This document shows, one piece after another, positions 18,568 through 27,939 of a DNA stretch of 64,000 nt. This DNA comes from Patescibacteria group bacterium (lineage in GTDB: Bacteria; Patescibacteriota; Minisyncoccia; Phycocordibacterales; Phycocordibacteraceae): NCBI GenBank assembly GCA_038064695.1, contig JBBTSO010000001.1:85932-149931 (forward strand). Direction: 5' to 3'. Made by a program: the position numbers and the translations under genes. Position 1 is the stretch's first letter, and each line of letters begins with the position of its first letter. The notes below the pieces were generated by a model. That model did no database searches and was not told the DNA's origin. It saw nothing but the letters and a program-made list of their open reading frames with translations.

Positions 18568-19479
18568 ATGAAAAAACAAATAGGACTCGTTGGCTTGGGG
18601 AAGATGGGCAAGGGAATTAGCCTTCACTTACACGAACAAGGGTGGGACGTAGTAGGGTTTGATGTGTCGCCTGACGCTACTAAAGCAGTAGCTGATGCGG
18701 GGGTAAAAACAGTTGCGTCTCTCGCTGAAATGGCTAAGCAGCTTTCTGCACCACGCGTAGTGTGGGTTATGTTGCCCGCAGGATCTGTAAGCGAAGAAGT
18801 GTTTCTCGGTAAACAAGGGTTACGTGAACTTTTATCTGCAGGTGACGTAGTCATTGATGCGGCGAATGCATTTTATGAAGACTCAATGAGGAGGGCAAGT
18901 TCTTTTGAAAAAGAAAACATTTCATTTATTGATGTAGGATTTTCTGGAGGGCCACAGAGCGCTCGTACAGGAGCGTGCATTATGGTAGGGGGGGTTTCAT
19001 CTGTCGTATCTTCGCTCGCATCGCTTTTTGATGCACTGACAGTAAAAGAGGGCTGGGCACATTGCGGGTCTTCAGGGGCTGGTCATTTTACTAAAATGGT
19101 GCACAACGGAATTGAATACGGCATGATGCAGTCTCTCGCGGAGGGGTTTGCGGTTTTGCGGGAGTCTCCTTTTAACTTAGATTTAGTCACTATTGCTAAC
19201 CTGTATAACCATCGCAGTATCATTGAGTCGCGTCTTGTTGGGTGGGCGGAGAGTGGGCTTGAGCAGTTTGGTATTGATTTGGAAGAAGTATCAGGGACCG
19301 TGGCTCACACAGGAGAGGGGAAGTGGACAGTGGAAACGGCAAAAAAACTTGGCGTCCCCGTGCCGTCTATTGAGCTGGCGTACAATTTCCGCGTAGAGTC
19401 AGAAAAAAATCCTTCCTACATCGGTAAAGTGCTCTCCATGCTCCGTAACCAGTTTGGGGGACATGTCGCAAAAAAATAA
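18568..19479 (+). CDS. gnd: 6-phosphogluconate dehydrogenase (decarboxylating, short type)
   Basis: GLVGLGKMG, GAGHFTKMVHNGIEYGMMQ, RNQFGGH. Confidence 0.95.
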   Translation: MKKQIGLVGLGKMGKGISLHLHEQGWDVVGFDVSPDATKAVADAGVKTVASLAEMAKQLSAPRVVWVMLPAGSVSEEVFLGKQGLRELLSAGDVVIDAANAFYEDSMRRASSFEKENISFIDVGFSGGPQSARTGACIMVGGVSSVVSSLASLFDALTVKEGWAHCGSSGAGHFTKMVHNGIEYGMMQSLAEGFAVLRESPFNLDLVTIANLYNHRSIIESRLVGWAESGLEQFGIDLEEVSGTVAHTGEGKWTVETAKKLGVPVPSIELAYNFRVESEKNPSYIGKVLSMLRNQFGGHVAKK

Positions 19480-19481
19480 GT

Positions 19482-20489
19482 ATGGACATCGCGCGTATTG
19501 TTCAGCACTGGCCCGTTGAATTTTCTGCCGAAGCGCTCGGGAGTGCGAAACGTCCGACGACGGGGCTTTTAAATAAAACATTCTTGCTGCGGGAAGCGGG
19601 GGTTTTGTACGTGTTGCAGTCGGTACACCCGGCAGTGGCGTTTGACGGTTCGTTTAAAAACTATGACAACGTGACGCAATTTTTAAAATCAAAAGGATTT
19701 CAAACACAAACCTTCGTGCGCACCAATTCGGGAGCGCTGTGGCATGAAGAAGAAGGAGCGCGTTGGCGCCTACTTGTTGGGGTTGAGGGTGTCACCCACG
19801 AGTTCACGACCGACCCCGCGCTCGCACGGGAGGCAGGAAGTTTTTTAGGGAGTTTTACCGACGTGCTCGCTTCGTACCCTCACGCGCTTGATGAGGGGCG
19901 CCGGTCATTTGTGTATGAAGGAGAAATTGAAAGACTTGACCTCTACCACGATGAACTTATGCACGACCCTGACCCGCGTATGGGGGAGGCTGCCGAGCTG
20001 CTGCTCCGTGAATTGCCGCACCTGTTGTTGCCGAAAGATTTGCCCGAGCGCATTATTCACACCGATCCAAAAATTTCTAATTTTCTTTTTTCCTCTGACG
20101 GTCGTGCGGTTTCAATGATTGATCTAGACGCGCTTCAGGTTTTGAGCCCACTCTACGACCTCGGCGATGCTATTCGTTCGTGGTGTGGGCAAGCGGAAGA
20201 CGACCCGAACAACACCTTTAATAGTGGAATATATGAAGCGTTGGTAAAAGGGTACACAGGAGCTCTAAAAACAAGTCCACTTTCTGAAAGGGAAGTGGCG
20301 CTTATTCCAAACGCTGCAAAGTTGGTGATGCTAGGGCTCACGACACGATTTTTAAATGACTACATAGACGATTCATATTTTGGGTGGGATGCCACTCGGT
20401 ATACAAGTCGCAAAGACCATAACAAGGCGCGAGTTATGGGGCAGTTGTCACTCTATAAAACATTCGAGAAGTTTCAGGCGAATATTTGA
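19482..20489 (+). CDS. APH-family phosphotransferase (N-acetylhexosamine-1-kinase-like)
   Basis: GLLNKTF, RIIHTDPKISNFLF, MIDLD, DLGDAIRSW, RFLNDY. Confidence 0.8.
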   Translation: MDIARIVQHWPVEFSAEALGSAKRPTTGLLNKTFLLREAGVLYVLQSVHPAVAFDGSFKNYDNVTQFLKSKGFQTQTFVRTNSGALWHEEEGARWRLLVGVEGVTHEFTTDPALAREAGSFLGSFTDVLASYPHALDEGRRSFVYEGEIERLDLYHDELMHDPDPRMGEAAELLLRELPHLLLPKDLPERIIHTDPKISNFLFSSDGRAVSMIDLDALQVLSPLYDLGDAIRSWCGQAEDDPNNTFNSGIYEALVKGYTGALKTSPLSEREVALIPNAAKLVMLGLTTRFLNDYIDDSYFGWDATRYTSRKDHNKARVMGQLSLYKTFEKFQANI

Positions 20490-20514
20490 CAAGTTGTTTT
20501 TGTTAAGTATAATT
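20487..20514 (+). promoter_or_regulatory. Consensus sigma70 promoter
   Basis: TTGACA-16nt-TATAAT. Confidence 0.75.
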
Positions 20515-20544
20515 TAAAAATATTTAGTTAATTAATTTTATTGT

Positions 20545-20781
20545 ATGGCGGAAATTACTAGAGCAGAGGGGGAAGGACTTCGTAATAATGCAGCGTGGTG
20601 GGCTATTTTCATCGGCGGAATTTTTATGGCTGCCGTTGGCTTGGATGTAGAAATTGAAGAGGGCAATGAAGTGGGTAAGGGTGCACCTGTCATTGTAGCT
20701 GGTGCTTTGATGGCAGTTTCTCCATGGGTGGTTAAGGCACTTTTGAAAAAGAAACCTGCAGTTGGACCAAATCAACACTAA
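20545..20781 (+). CDS. Orphan 2-TM small protein
   Basis: Two hydrophobic segments; own promoter and terminator. Confidence 0.65.
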   Translation: MAEITRAEGEGLRNNAAWWAIFIGGIFMAAVGLDVEIEEGNEVGKGAPVIVAGALMAVSPWVVKALLKKKPAVGPNQH

Positions 20782-20788
20782 TTAATTT

Positions 20789-20818
20789 AAAAACCCTCCG
20801 CAGTGCGGAGGGTTTTTT
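20789..20818. terminator. Bidirectional intrinsic terminator
   Basis: AAAACCCTCCGCA-G-TGCGGAGGGTTTTTT. Confidence 0.85.
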
Positions 20819-20878
20819 GTTGCGTGCACACGGATAATCAACTTTAACAAAAAACAATATTTTATATTGTTAATGTGT

Positions 20879-20967
20879 TGGCGGAGGCGGTGAGATTCGA
20901 ACTCACGGTACCGTAAAGGTACGGCGCATTTCAAGTGCGCTGGAATAAACCACTATCCGACGCCTCC
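20879..20967 (-). tRNA. tRNA-Ser(TGA)
   Basis: GGAGGCG...GCGCACT-TGA-AATGCGC, long variable arm, GTTCGAATC...CGCCTCCG-CCA (CCA encoded). Confidence 0.95.
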
Positions 20968-20972
20968 CTAGC

Positions 20973-21452
20973 CTAGTGAGATAGTTTACCACCTAACCAA
21001 CTTTTTTCCAGGTAGTGTTCTTCATAGTGACAATTGGGACAAATGAGTTCAAGATTTAGAAGATCATTGTTACTCCGGTCGCGGTCTTTATGGTGCACGT
21101 GTAAAATTTCTTTTCGACTATACTGGCATCGCTCACACTCTACTCCACGTAGCTGGAGTAGTCGGATTTTTAGAGCTCGTTGTGTTGCCACTTTATCTTT
21201 TGGTCTACCAATATGGTATTTAATGCCAGCTCTATTTTTATTTGCGCAGCTTCGGCTACAAGTTTTTTTATGAAGTTGGGCGAGAATAGGTTTTTCACAT
21301 ATCACACAAGGTTTTTCTTTTCGTTGAGCTTGCGCGTAGCATTTCTGGCCACAAAATACGCGTCCGCGTTTAATTTCACTCGGTCTCCGGTATATCTTTG
21401 TCCCACAAACACTACATCCAATATTAGGATTTCTTTTGTACGATGTGTTCAC
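20973..21452 (-). CDS. Zinc-finger plus HNH endonuclease
   Basis: CSVC, FCGQKC, CVIC and CSRSC fingers; CERC...HVHHKDRDRSNNDLLNLELICPNCHYEEH. Confidence 0.88.
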   Translation of the reverse strand: MNTSYKRNPNIGCSVCGTKIYRRPSEIKRGRVFCGQKCYAQAQRKEKPCVICEKPILAQLHKKTCSRSCANKNRAGIKYHIGRPKDKVATQRALKIRLLQLRGVECERCQYSRKEILHVHHKDRDRSNNDLLNLELICPNCHYEEHYLEKSWLGGKLSH

Positions 21453-21526
21453 TCATTCAGTATACCACTCATTCATTCAGCCACTCGAGTTGCATTGAGA
21501 CATTTTTGTTTATAACAAAGGTTTCT

Positions 21527-21580
21527 GAGCCGGGGTCGCGAACCTTAGCATTTTACGAACCAGGGGAGTAAAATGGTTAG
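21527..21580 (+). repeat. Orphan fragment of the tRNA 3'-element scaffold
   Basis: GAGCCGGGGTCGCGAACCTTAGCATTTTAC...GTAAAATGGTTAG resembles the Lys and Val copies, but no tRNA precedes it. Confidence 0.6.
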
Positions 21581-21582
21581 GA

Positions 21583-22008
21583 ATGAAACTAATCAAACCG
21601 TTGAATGAAAATACTCTGGACGAGTTTGTTGTTGTTCTCTCAGAAATCAACGAGGAGCCTCTTTTGACGGAAGTAATCCAGCGTCTGAAAGACGATTTTC
21701 TACGGAACCACTACCGTGGTTTTTTGCAATATGAAGATGAAAAGATATGCGGAGTTGCGATTGTTGTTGAAGCATACTCCGCAATTCACGCAAGAAAAAT
21801 TCTCATACTCGACGAGCTTTATATACGAAAAGAATTTAGACAAAAAGGATTAGGAAAGGTTCTTTTCGATCACATTGTAGAGTATGCAAAAGGGTCCAAG
21901 TTTATGCGTCTTGAGTGGCGAACCGAAAAAGGCAACATCACTGCGCAAGATTTTTATTCTCACTATGAAGCGGATACAGACTGGATTTTTTACGCTATGA
22001 AACTCTAG
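21583..22008 (+). CDS. GNAT family N-acetyltransferase
   Basis: LDELYIRKEFRQKGLGK, N..AQDFY. Confidence 0.9.
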   Translation: MKLIKPLNENTLDEFVVVLSEINEEPLLTEVIQRLKDDFLRNHYRGFLQYEDEKICGVAIVVEAYSAIHARKILILDELYIRKEFRQKGLGKVLFDHIVEYAKGSKFMRLEWRTEKGNITAQDFYSHYEADTDWIFYAMKL

Positions 22009-22014
22009 GAGTTT

Positions 22015-22452
22015 ATGAAAGTCTTTATAGAGCAACCTGTTCAAGAGAATAAGAAAAATGTTTTTGATAAGAAGACAGGACAGTTTTTGAAGACTGTACC
22101 TATTAAGTTGACCTACCCATTTCCATATGGATATATTCTAGATACTCTGGCAGAAGATGGCGACAACTTAGACTGTTATGTTATTACCAATAAGAAACTG
22201 AAAACAGGAAACATTATTGAATGTGAGCCAATCGGTATGGCGGAGTGGTTTGAAGACGGGCAAGAAGACCATAAAATACTCACCATCCTAAAAGGTGAAG
22301 ATACCGATATTACAGCGGAGATGAAAAGTAAAATAACCTATTTCGCTGAACATTTCTTTGATGATCAGCCAGATAAGAAATACAGAATGGGAAAATTTTA
22401 CGGGAAAGAAAGTGCGTTAGAGCTCATCCAAAAATATTCTAACCCTGCATGA
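22015..22452 (+). CDS. ppa: Inorganic pyrophosphatase (family I, short)
   Basis: YPFPYGYILDTLAEDGDNLD and EDHKI motifs. Confidence 0.85.
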   Translation: MKVFIEQPVQENKKNVFDKKTGQFLKTVPIKLTYPFPYGYILDTLAEDGDNLDCYVITNKKLKTGNIIECEPIGMAEWFEDGQEDHKILTILKGEDTDITAEMKSKITYFAEHFFDDQPDKKYRMGKFYGKESALELIQKYSNPA

Positions 22453-22532
22453 TTTTTGAGTTGCTCACTAAAATTGAGCGAGGATGCAGTGAGAGGAATG
22501 CATAAAAGTAAATGTTCACGTTAAACTGAAGT

Positions 22533-23033
22533 ATGCAAAAATACGCTTTTCTCGATAGAGACGGGACGTTTCTCTATGAGCCAGAGAAACCCGAAAAGGT
22601 AGACCCTCGCGAAACGTTTCCGCTCAAATCTATGAGTGAGTTTAAGTTTATGGACGGGGCCATAGACGGAATTCGTGCTCTCACTGAAAAAGGATTCAAA
22701 TTGGTGATGGTTACTAACCAAACATTTCTGGGAACACCAAAGCACCCGAAAGAGATGTTTGACGCAGTGATGGATAAAATAGATGAAGAATTAAAAAAAT
22801 ATAACATCAGTTTTGAGTTTAAGATGGTCTGTCCGCATGGGCCTGACGAGGGGTGCGAATGTCGCAAGCCAAAAGTCGGCGGATTAGAAGAATTTTTCAA
22901 AACGCACGAGGTTGATTTTAAAAATTCTCTTATGTTTGGCGATCGTGCCACGGATAAGGAGTTTGCAAAAAACATTGGAGTCCGCTTTGTGGAAATTAGT
23001 ACTAACGGAAAGTTTGCAGTGCCCAACGATTAG
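22533..23033 (+). CDS. HAD-IIIA phosphatase (HisB-N/GmhB-like)
   Basis: FLDRDGT, VTNQ, CPH...CECRKPK, GDRATD. Confidence 0.9.
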   Translation: MQKYAFLDRDGTFLYEPEKPEKVDPRETFPLKSMSEFKFMDGAIDGIRALTEKGFKLVMVTNQTFLGTPKHPKEMFDAVMDKIDEELKKYNISFEFKMVCPHGPDEGCECRKPKVGGLEEFFKTHEVDFKNSLMFGDRATDKEFAKNIGVRFVEISTNGKFAVPND

Positions 23034-23038
23034 TTTTT

Positions 23039-23569
23039 ATGAATGAGCTGGATCTTTTTTTATTTTTCGCACTGCACAACCTGTCAGGACAATCAGCACT
23101 GGTTGATGGACTCATTGTGTTGGTAGGGCAGTACGCGCTCTACCTCGTGTTAGCCATGCTCGCGTTCTTTTTTATTCGCGCTCTGCAGCAGAAAAAGATA
23201 TCGCAGGTGTACGGAGGGGTAAGCGCGACCGTGGTCGCGCTCATTGCCCGTTTTGGTGTTGCTGAAGTCCTCTATGCGTTGTTCCAGCGTCCGCGTCCGT
23301 ATGTTGCTTTTGATATCTCACACCTCCTCTCAAGTTCTGCTTTTTCATTCCCTTCGGGGCATACCGTTTTCCTTTTCGCACTTGCTACTGGTATGTATGG
23401 AGTACATAAGACGTTTTCGCTTATTCTTTTTGGTGTCGCGGCTCTCGTAGGAGTTGCGCGTGTTATGGGGGGCGCACACTATCCTTCAGACATTCTCGCA
23501 GGCGCGGTTTTAGGAACCCTCATCGGAGGAGCAGGGATTATCTTTTTAAAAAAAATAACGAAACACTAA
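23039..23569 (+). CDS. PAP2 family phosphatase (BcrC-like undecaprenyl-diphosphatase)
   Basis: RPRP, SFPSGH, ARVMGGAHYPSD. Confidence 0.9.
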   Translation: MNELDLFLFFALHNLSGQSALVDGLIVLVGQYALYLVLAMLAFFFIRALQQKKISQVYGGVSATVVALIARFGVAEVLYALFQRPRPYVAFDISHLLSSSAFSFPSGHTVFLFALATGMYGVHKTFSLILFGVAALVGVARVMGGAHYPSDILAGAVLGTLIGGAGIIFLKKITKH

Positions 23570-23580
23570 CGAAGAAAATG

Positions 23581-23814
23581 CTACGGAGTAGAAGGTTCGG
23601 TGACCGGAGCTGCTTCTTTTGATTTTTTGCCGATGAAGAAAATATAAATTATTTCAAGAATGCCGAGCGTATTTATGAGGAGGAGTGCTACAAACCAGTA
23701 CCGGTGGTTGTTGCGCGCCGCTCTCCACAGTGCCCACCCTTTCCACGCAAGAGACCAGAGTAAAAGTATTCCAAACACCATCAAGAGTGAACTGCCCATA
23801 AAAAACCCTTCCAT
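23581..23814 (-). CDS. DUF5652-like small membrane protein
   Basis: WSLAWKGWALWRAARNNHRYWFVALLLINTLGILEIIYIF. Confidence 0.8.
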   Translation of the reverse strand: MEGFFMGSSLLMVFGILLLWSLAWKGWALWRAARNNHRYWFVALLLINTLGILEIIYIFFIGKKSKEAAPVTEPSTP

Positions 23815-23850
23815 ATTAGTGTATGGTATCACCCCTGTATACTAGACACT

Positions 23851-23991
23851 ATGAATCCCGTTAGAATTTCTAGAAAGAAAAATTATCATATATGATAATT
23901 TTTCTTAAAATGTTACCGTTGGAGCAAACTATCCAGAATGGGTACCCGATACACGCATGAATAACAAAAACCAAAATTCTAACGGGATGAA
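23851..23991. mobile_element. Miniature TIR element inserted at the ruvX start codon
   Basis: ATGAA|TCCCGTTAGAA...TTCTAACGGG|ATGAA; same ends as 48023-48142. Confidence 0.8.
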
Positions 23992-24385
23992 GTGCGTTGG
24001 CATTGACTACGGAACAAAGCGCGTCGGGGTTGCGGTGTCGGACGAGGCGGGGAGACTCGCATTTCCTAAAATGACGCTCCCTAATGACAAAATGCTTATC
24101 AGCGACGTGGTTGCTTTTATAAAAAAAGAGAAAGCAGAGTGCGTCGTGGTGGGGGAATCTAAAAACAACCAGGGCCTGGAAAACCCCGTGATGCAGGGCG
24201 CGCGCGACTTCGCCAAAATGATAGAGCGTGAGACGGGGCTCACGGTTGTGTTTGAGCCAGAGTTCTATTCATCTCTAGAGGCGCGCCGTTTAATGGACGG
24301 CGGAGGCCAAGTCGATGCGGAAGCAGCTGCTATTATTTTAAATAGTTATCTTGCTAGAATAAATACCTATGACGATTTCAATTGA
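23987..24385 (+). CDS. ruvX: YqgF/RuvX pre-16S rRNA nuclease
   Basis: GIDYGTKRVGVAVSD and D..AAAIILNSYL. Confidence 0.92.
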   Translation: MKCVGIDYGTKRVGVAVSDEAGRLAFPKMTLPNDKMLISDVVAFIKKEKAECVVVGESKNNQGLENPVMQGARDFAKMIERETGLTVVFEPEFYSSLEARRLMDGGGQVDAEAAAIILNSYLARINTYDDFN

Positions 24386-24698
24386 TCAGTTTAAAGAAGC
24401 AGACATTCGCGTGGGTACCGTACGCACGTGTGAAAAAGTTCCTGATACCGACAAACTCCTTCATCTGGAAGTTGATTTTGGTGACGAAGTGGGAGTACGA
24501 CAAATTGTTTCAGGCATCGCGCTGTACGTGTCTCCAGAAGAAATGGTGGGGAAGCAAGTGTTGTTTGTGGTGAATTTAGAGCCGCGAACACTTCGCGGTC
24601 TTGAATCGCAGGGCATGTTGCTTGCAGTTGGCGAAGGAGACACTTTTTCATTTTTAGTACCCACCAAAGCAGTCGCGCCGGGGAGCAAGGTTCGCTAA
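24369..24698 (+). CDS. Stand-alone tRNA-binding (MetRS C-terminal / CsaA-type) OB-fold protein
   Basis: DIRVG, DKLL, RQIVSGI, NLEPRTLRGLESQGM. Confidence 0.9.
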   Translation: MTISIDQFKEADIRVGTVRTCEKVPDTDKLLHLEVDFGDEVGVRQIVSGIALYVSPEEMVGKQVLFVVNLEPRTLRGLESQGMLLAVGEGDTFSFLVPTKAVAPGSKVR

Positions 24699-24703
24699 TT
24701 CGC

Positions 24704-25327
24704 ATGGATGATATGTCGCCGCAAAAAAATATAGTGTCGCGCTTGCGCGCGTGGTGGGCGTGGTTTCGCACACAGGCAGAATCACGCCATGCGCCACTTG
24801 CGGTTGCCGTGTGGTCATTTTTAAATCCGCTCCTGGTTCCGTTTCCCGCGGAGTCTCTCCTTGCTCCTATTGCGCTTGCCAATCGAAAACGAGCAGTATT
24901 TTTAACCGCACTCGCATCCGTCATGAGCACCCTTGGCGCGGGGACTGGGTACCTGCTCGCGATGTTTCTTTTTGATGCGTTTGTAGCCCCTTTGGTGGTA
25001 GGGGCAGACCTCCAAGCTCAACTTTCCGCCTTCACCAGCGCCGCGGGCCCACTCACCATTTTTTGGATTGTATTCATCGCAGCGCTCACCCTTATTCCAG
25101 ATCCGCCCTTCATCGCGGCGGCAGGGTTGCTGCACGTTGATTTTTTTACCTTTATGATTGCCTTCTTTCTTGGACGCACCCTGCGTTTTGTGCTGGTAAT
25201 TGGCGTGGTGCTTCTTTTTGGGCGGCGTGCGTGGTTTTCTTTTGAAAAAAACGAAAAACGCATCGCGCTCGCGCTTTTTCTTCTCACCATACTTCTGGGC
25301 GCGGCTTTTTTCTTTTTCTTCACATAA
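24704..25327 (+). CDS. DedA/YqaA (VTT domain) membrane protein
   Basis: PFPAESLL, GYLL, GRTLRF; multiple TM segments. Confidence 0.8.
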   Translation: MDDMSPQKNIVSRLRAWWAWFRTQAESRHAPLAVAVWSFLNPLLVPFPAESLLAPIALANRKRAVFLTALASVMSTLGAGTGYLLAMFLFDAFVAPLVVGADLQAQLSAFTSAAGPLTIFWIVFIAALTLIPDPPFIAAAGLLHVDFFTFMIAFFLGRTLRFVLVIGVVLLFGRRAWFSFEKNEKRIALALFLLTILLGAAFFFFFT

Positions 25328-25386
25328 AGCAAATCGTCCGCGCGTTTTGAATGTAGGGCGCGTTTTTTGTTGCGTATAATAGTGGT

Positions 25387-26478
25387 ATGGATTTGTTTAC
25401 GCACCTCGGCGCTGTGTTTCCACCTCCCGCGTACCTTGCGATGTACGCCGCGGGTGTTGATATTGGAGAACGTTCAGTGAAGGCGGTTACGTTTAAGTCA
25501 CACGTGGGGAGGTGTTTCCTTGAAAATTATACGCAGGCAGAGCTCGCTGATGGAGTCGTGGTGGGTGGAGACATTGAAAAACCCGACGCACTCGTTGAAG
25601 TGCTTCGCTCGTTTCGCCTGCGTGAACGTATTCATTTTGCGCACGCCTCTCTTCCTGAGCGTAAAGCGTACCTGTACCAAACACTCATTCCGCGCGAATC
25701 AAAAGATGATCTTAAAACGGGAGTTGAGTTTTCTTTAGAATCGCACGTTCCCATCGCGCCGTCTGATGTTCTTTTTGACTACGAAGTGGTGCGCACCGTT
25801 GAAAGTGGGACCATTGTGAGCGTTACCGCCTATGCAAAGCGAGTTGTTGAGCAGTATGTAGATGTGTTTCAGCGTGCCGGCATCACACTTCGGTCACTTG
25901 AAATTGAATCCCAAGCGCTCGGACGAGCGTTGTGGGGGAAGGAAGATAAAAACCGCACGGTGATGGCAGTTGATTTCGGAAGAAAGACCACGCGTATTGC
26001 CGTATTTGACCACGGGTCGGTAGGGTTTACCGCGACCGTTGATGTGGGAGGAGACGCACTGACGAGTGCCGTTATGAAAAACTTTTCTATATCTGCAGAG
26101 GAGGCAGAAAAAATAAAAAGTGAAAAAGGATTTTTAGAAGGAGAGAGTAATCGTCAGCTGTACGAAGCGCTCGCCACGACTGCCTCGGTGTTGAAAGATG
26201 AAATTTTGCGACACCTCTCCTATTGGAATACGCAGTCGGATGACGATATTCCTCGCCACGCCGTTGAGGCGATTGTGTTGGTGGGTGGGCACGCAAACCT
26301 CAAAGGACTACCCGAACACCTTGCGCGCTTCTTGCACATTCCCGTCTTAGTGGGGGACGTGTGGAAGAACGCGGTATCATTAAATGAACACATTCCAAAA
26401 ATGCCTCACAATACGTCGCTTGAGTTTTCAACGACCGTGGGGCTAGCACTCCGAAGTTGTAATTGTCATACATGGTAA
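25387..26478 (+). CDS. pilM: Type IV pilus assembly protein PilM
   Basis: GVDIGERSVK, VDFG and VGGHANLKGL actin-like motifs; C-terminal VGLALR. Confidence 0.9.
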   Translation: MDLFTHLGAVFPPPAYLAMYAAGVDIGERSVKAVTFKSHVGRCFLENYTQAELADGVVVGGDIEKPDALVEVLRSFRLRERIHFAHASLPERKAYLYQTLIPRESKDDLKTGVEFSLESHVPIAPSDVLFDYEVVRTVESGTIVSVTAYAKRVVEQYVDVFQRAGITLRSLEIESQALGRALWGKEDKNRTVMAVDFGRKTTRIAVFDHGSVGFTATVDVGGDALTSAVMKNFSISAEEAEKIKSEKGFLEGESNRQLYEALATTASVLKDEILRHLSYWNTQSDDDIPRHAVEAIVLVGGHANLKGLPEHLARFLHIPVLVGDVWKNAVSLNEHIPKMPHNTSLEFSTTVGLALRSCNCHTW

Positions 26479-27011
26479 ACGTACTCCCTCCCAAACACAC
26501 CCGAATGATGACTGTGCGGTACTATACCCGCCTCGCGACGCTTCTGTTTTTCATACTCGCGGGGTCGTTTTTAGTGGGAGGGGCGCTCCTCATTCCTTCT
26601 TACATCGCCTCATCAGCGCAAGCAGATTCGTTTGAGCAGTACCGCGACGCGCTGGCGGGAAGCATTGGGCTTAAGGAGCGCGGGCAGACAGAAAGCACCG
26701 TGCTCGCGCTCGCAGAACGGCTTCGCATTGTGAAAGAGCACCACGAACTCGTGCGTGTCGTTGATGTACTGGAGACACTGTTTGCAAAACAGTCATCAAC
26801 GATTCTGATTGACGCGGTGTCGCTGTCGCGTACCGAAGGGGGCGTTACCATTAAAATTGCAGGAGTTGCCGACACTCGCGCCGCGCTCATTGCATTTGTT
26901 GATGTGGTGCGTGCAGATACTGCATTCAGTAACGTCGCACTCCCTGTCGCGCAGTTGGTTATTGAAAAAGATGTTCCATTTTCGCTCGGTATGGAATACC
27001 GAATTCCGTAA
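26472..27011 (+). CDS. PilN-like protein
   Basis: MVNVLP PilM-binding motif, one TM, IAGVADTR..L..F; follows pilM. Confidence 0.75.
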   Translation: MVNVLPPKHTRMMTVRYYTRLATLLFFILAGSFLVGGALLIPSYIASSAQADSFEQYRDALAGSIGLKERGQTESTVLALAERLRIVKEHHELVRVVDVLETLFAKQSSTILIDAVSLSRTEGGVTIKIAGVADTRAALIAFVDVVRADTAFSNVALPVAQLVIEKDVPFSLGMEYRIP

Positions 27012-27020
27012 CATACTTCT

Positions 27021-27536
27021 ATGAAACCTTTCTTACCACTCATTGCAACATCTATCGCAGTACTCCTCCTCGGGGGCGGATATTTTTTCATGCTGACACA
27101 AGTAGACGCATCGGTTTTGCGCATTGAGAGCGCCATTGCGTCTGCTGAAGCGTTGACGAAAAAAGATGTTGGGTTGCAAACGACAGAAGTTTTTCTTAAA
27201 GAAACCACCGAACTCAGGGAAACGCTTGCGACCACCGTGATCGGAAAAGATGATGTGGTTGAAATAATCCAACTATTGGAAACGGTTGCGCGCGACACCA
27301 ACACTGACCTCTCCATCTCTGATGTTGTTCTTGAAAGCGGGGGAGGATGGCAAAGTCACGAGCGAGCGATTGTAGTGTTTTCTCTTGAGGGGTCATTCGG
27401 TGCACTCGTTGAGTTTATGGGGACGATAGAGTCTCTTCCGGTCGTTGCACGTGTGGAAAATTCAAACTTAGAAAAATCGGGTGCACGCACGTGGTTTGGT
27501 ACGTTTACCGTCACCGTGGTAAAAGAAAAACTATGA
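27021..27536 (+). CDS. PilO-like protein
   Basis: N-terminal TM and EGSFGALVEFMGTIESLP; position in the operon. Confidence 0.7.
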   Translation: MKPFLPLIATSIAVLLLGGGYFFMLTQVDASVLRIESAIASAEALTKKDVGLQTTEVFLKETTELRETLATTVIGKDDVVEIIQLLETVARDTNTDLSISDVVLESGGGWQSHERAIVVFSLEGSFGALVEFMGTIESLPVVARVENSNLEKSGARTWFGTFTVTVVKEKL

Positions 27537-27838
27537 AATTCACTTTTTCTCTCAATGACTTTGTCCGATCGCTTTCCCGCCCGCACCCTATTCGCGATTG
27601 GTTTTTACTCATTATTCTTGGAGCAGGGACGCTCATTTCACTTGTTACCTTCGCGGTGTATTACTTTCTCGGCATTCAGTCGGGGAGCATTATTGGAGAT
27701 GCAAGCCAAAACGTGACTCCTATCCCACGAGTGTCACGAGTAGAGTTACAAGAAGTAGTGGACGTACATACGCTACGAGCGGTGAATTATGAAGAAGGGG
27801 AAATTTCTATCCCCGACATTTCTGACCCGTCGCTGTAG
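27533..27838 (+). CDS. Single-TM hypothetical protein in the pilMNO operon
   Basis: ATGA overlap with the pilO-like gene; one TM. Confidence 0.65.
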   Translation: MKFTFSLNDFVRSLSRPHPIRDWFLLIILGAGTLISLVTFAVYYFLGIQSGSIIGDASQNVTPIPRVSRVELQEVVDVHTLRAVNYEEGEISIPDISDPSL

Positions 27839-27867
27839 GGTATCAATAATGGTATTATCGGCACATT

Positions 27868-27939
27868 GGCCCCGTAGTTTAATGGATAAAACAGGAGACT
27901 TCTAAGCTCTTGATCCAGGTTCGATTCCTGGAGGGGCCA
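27868..27939 (+). tRNA. tRNA-Arg(TCT)
   Basis: GGCCCCGTAGTTTAATGGATAAAACAGGAGACT-TCT-AAGCTCTTGATCCAGGTTCGATTCCTGGAGGGGCCA. Confidence 0.92.
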
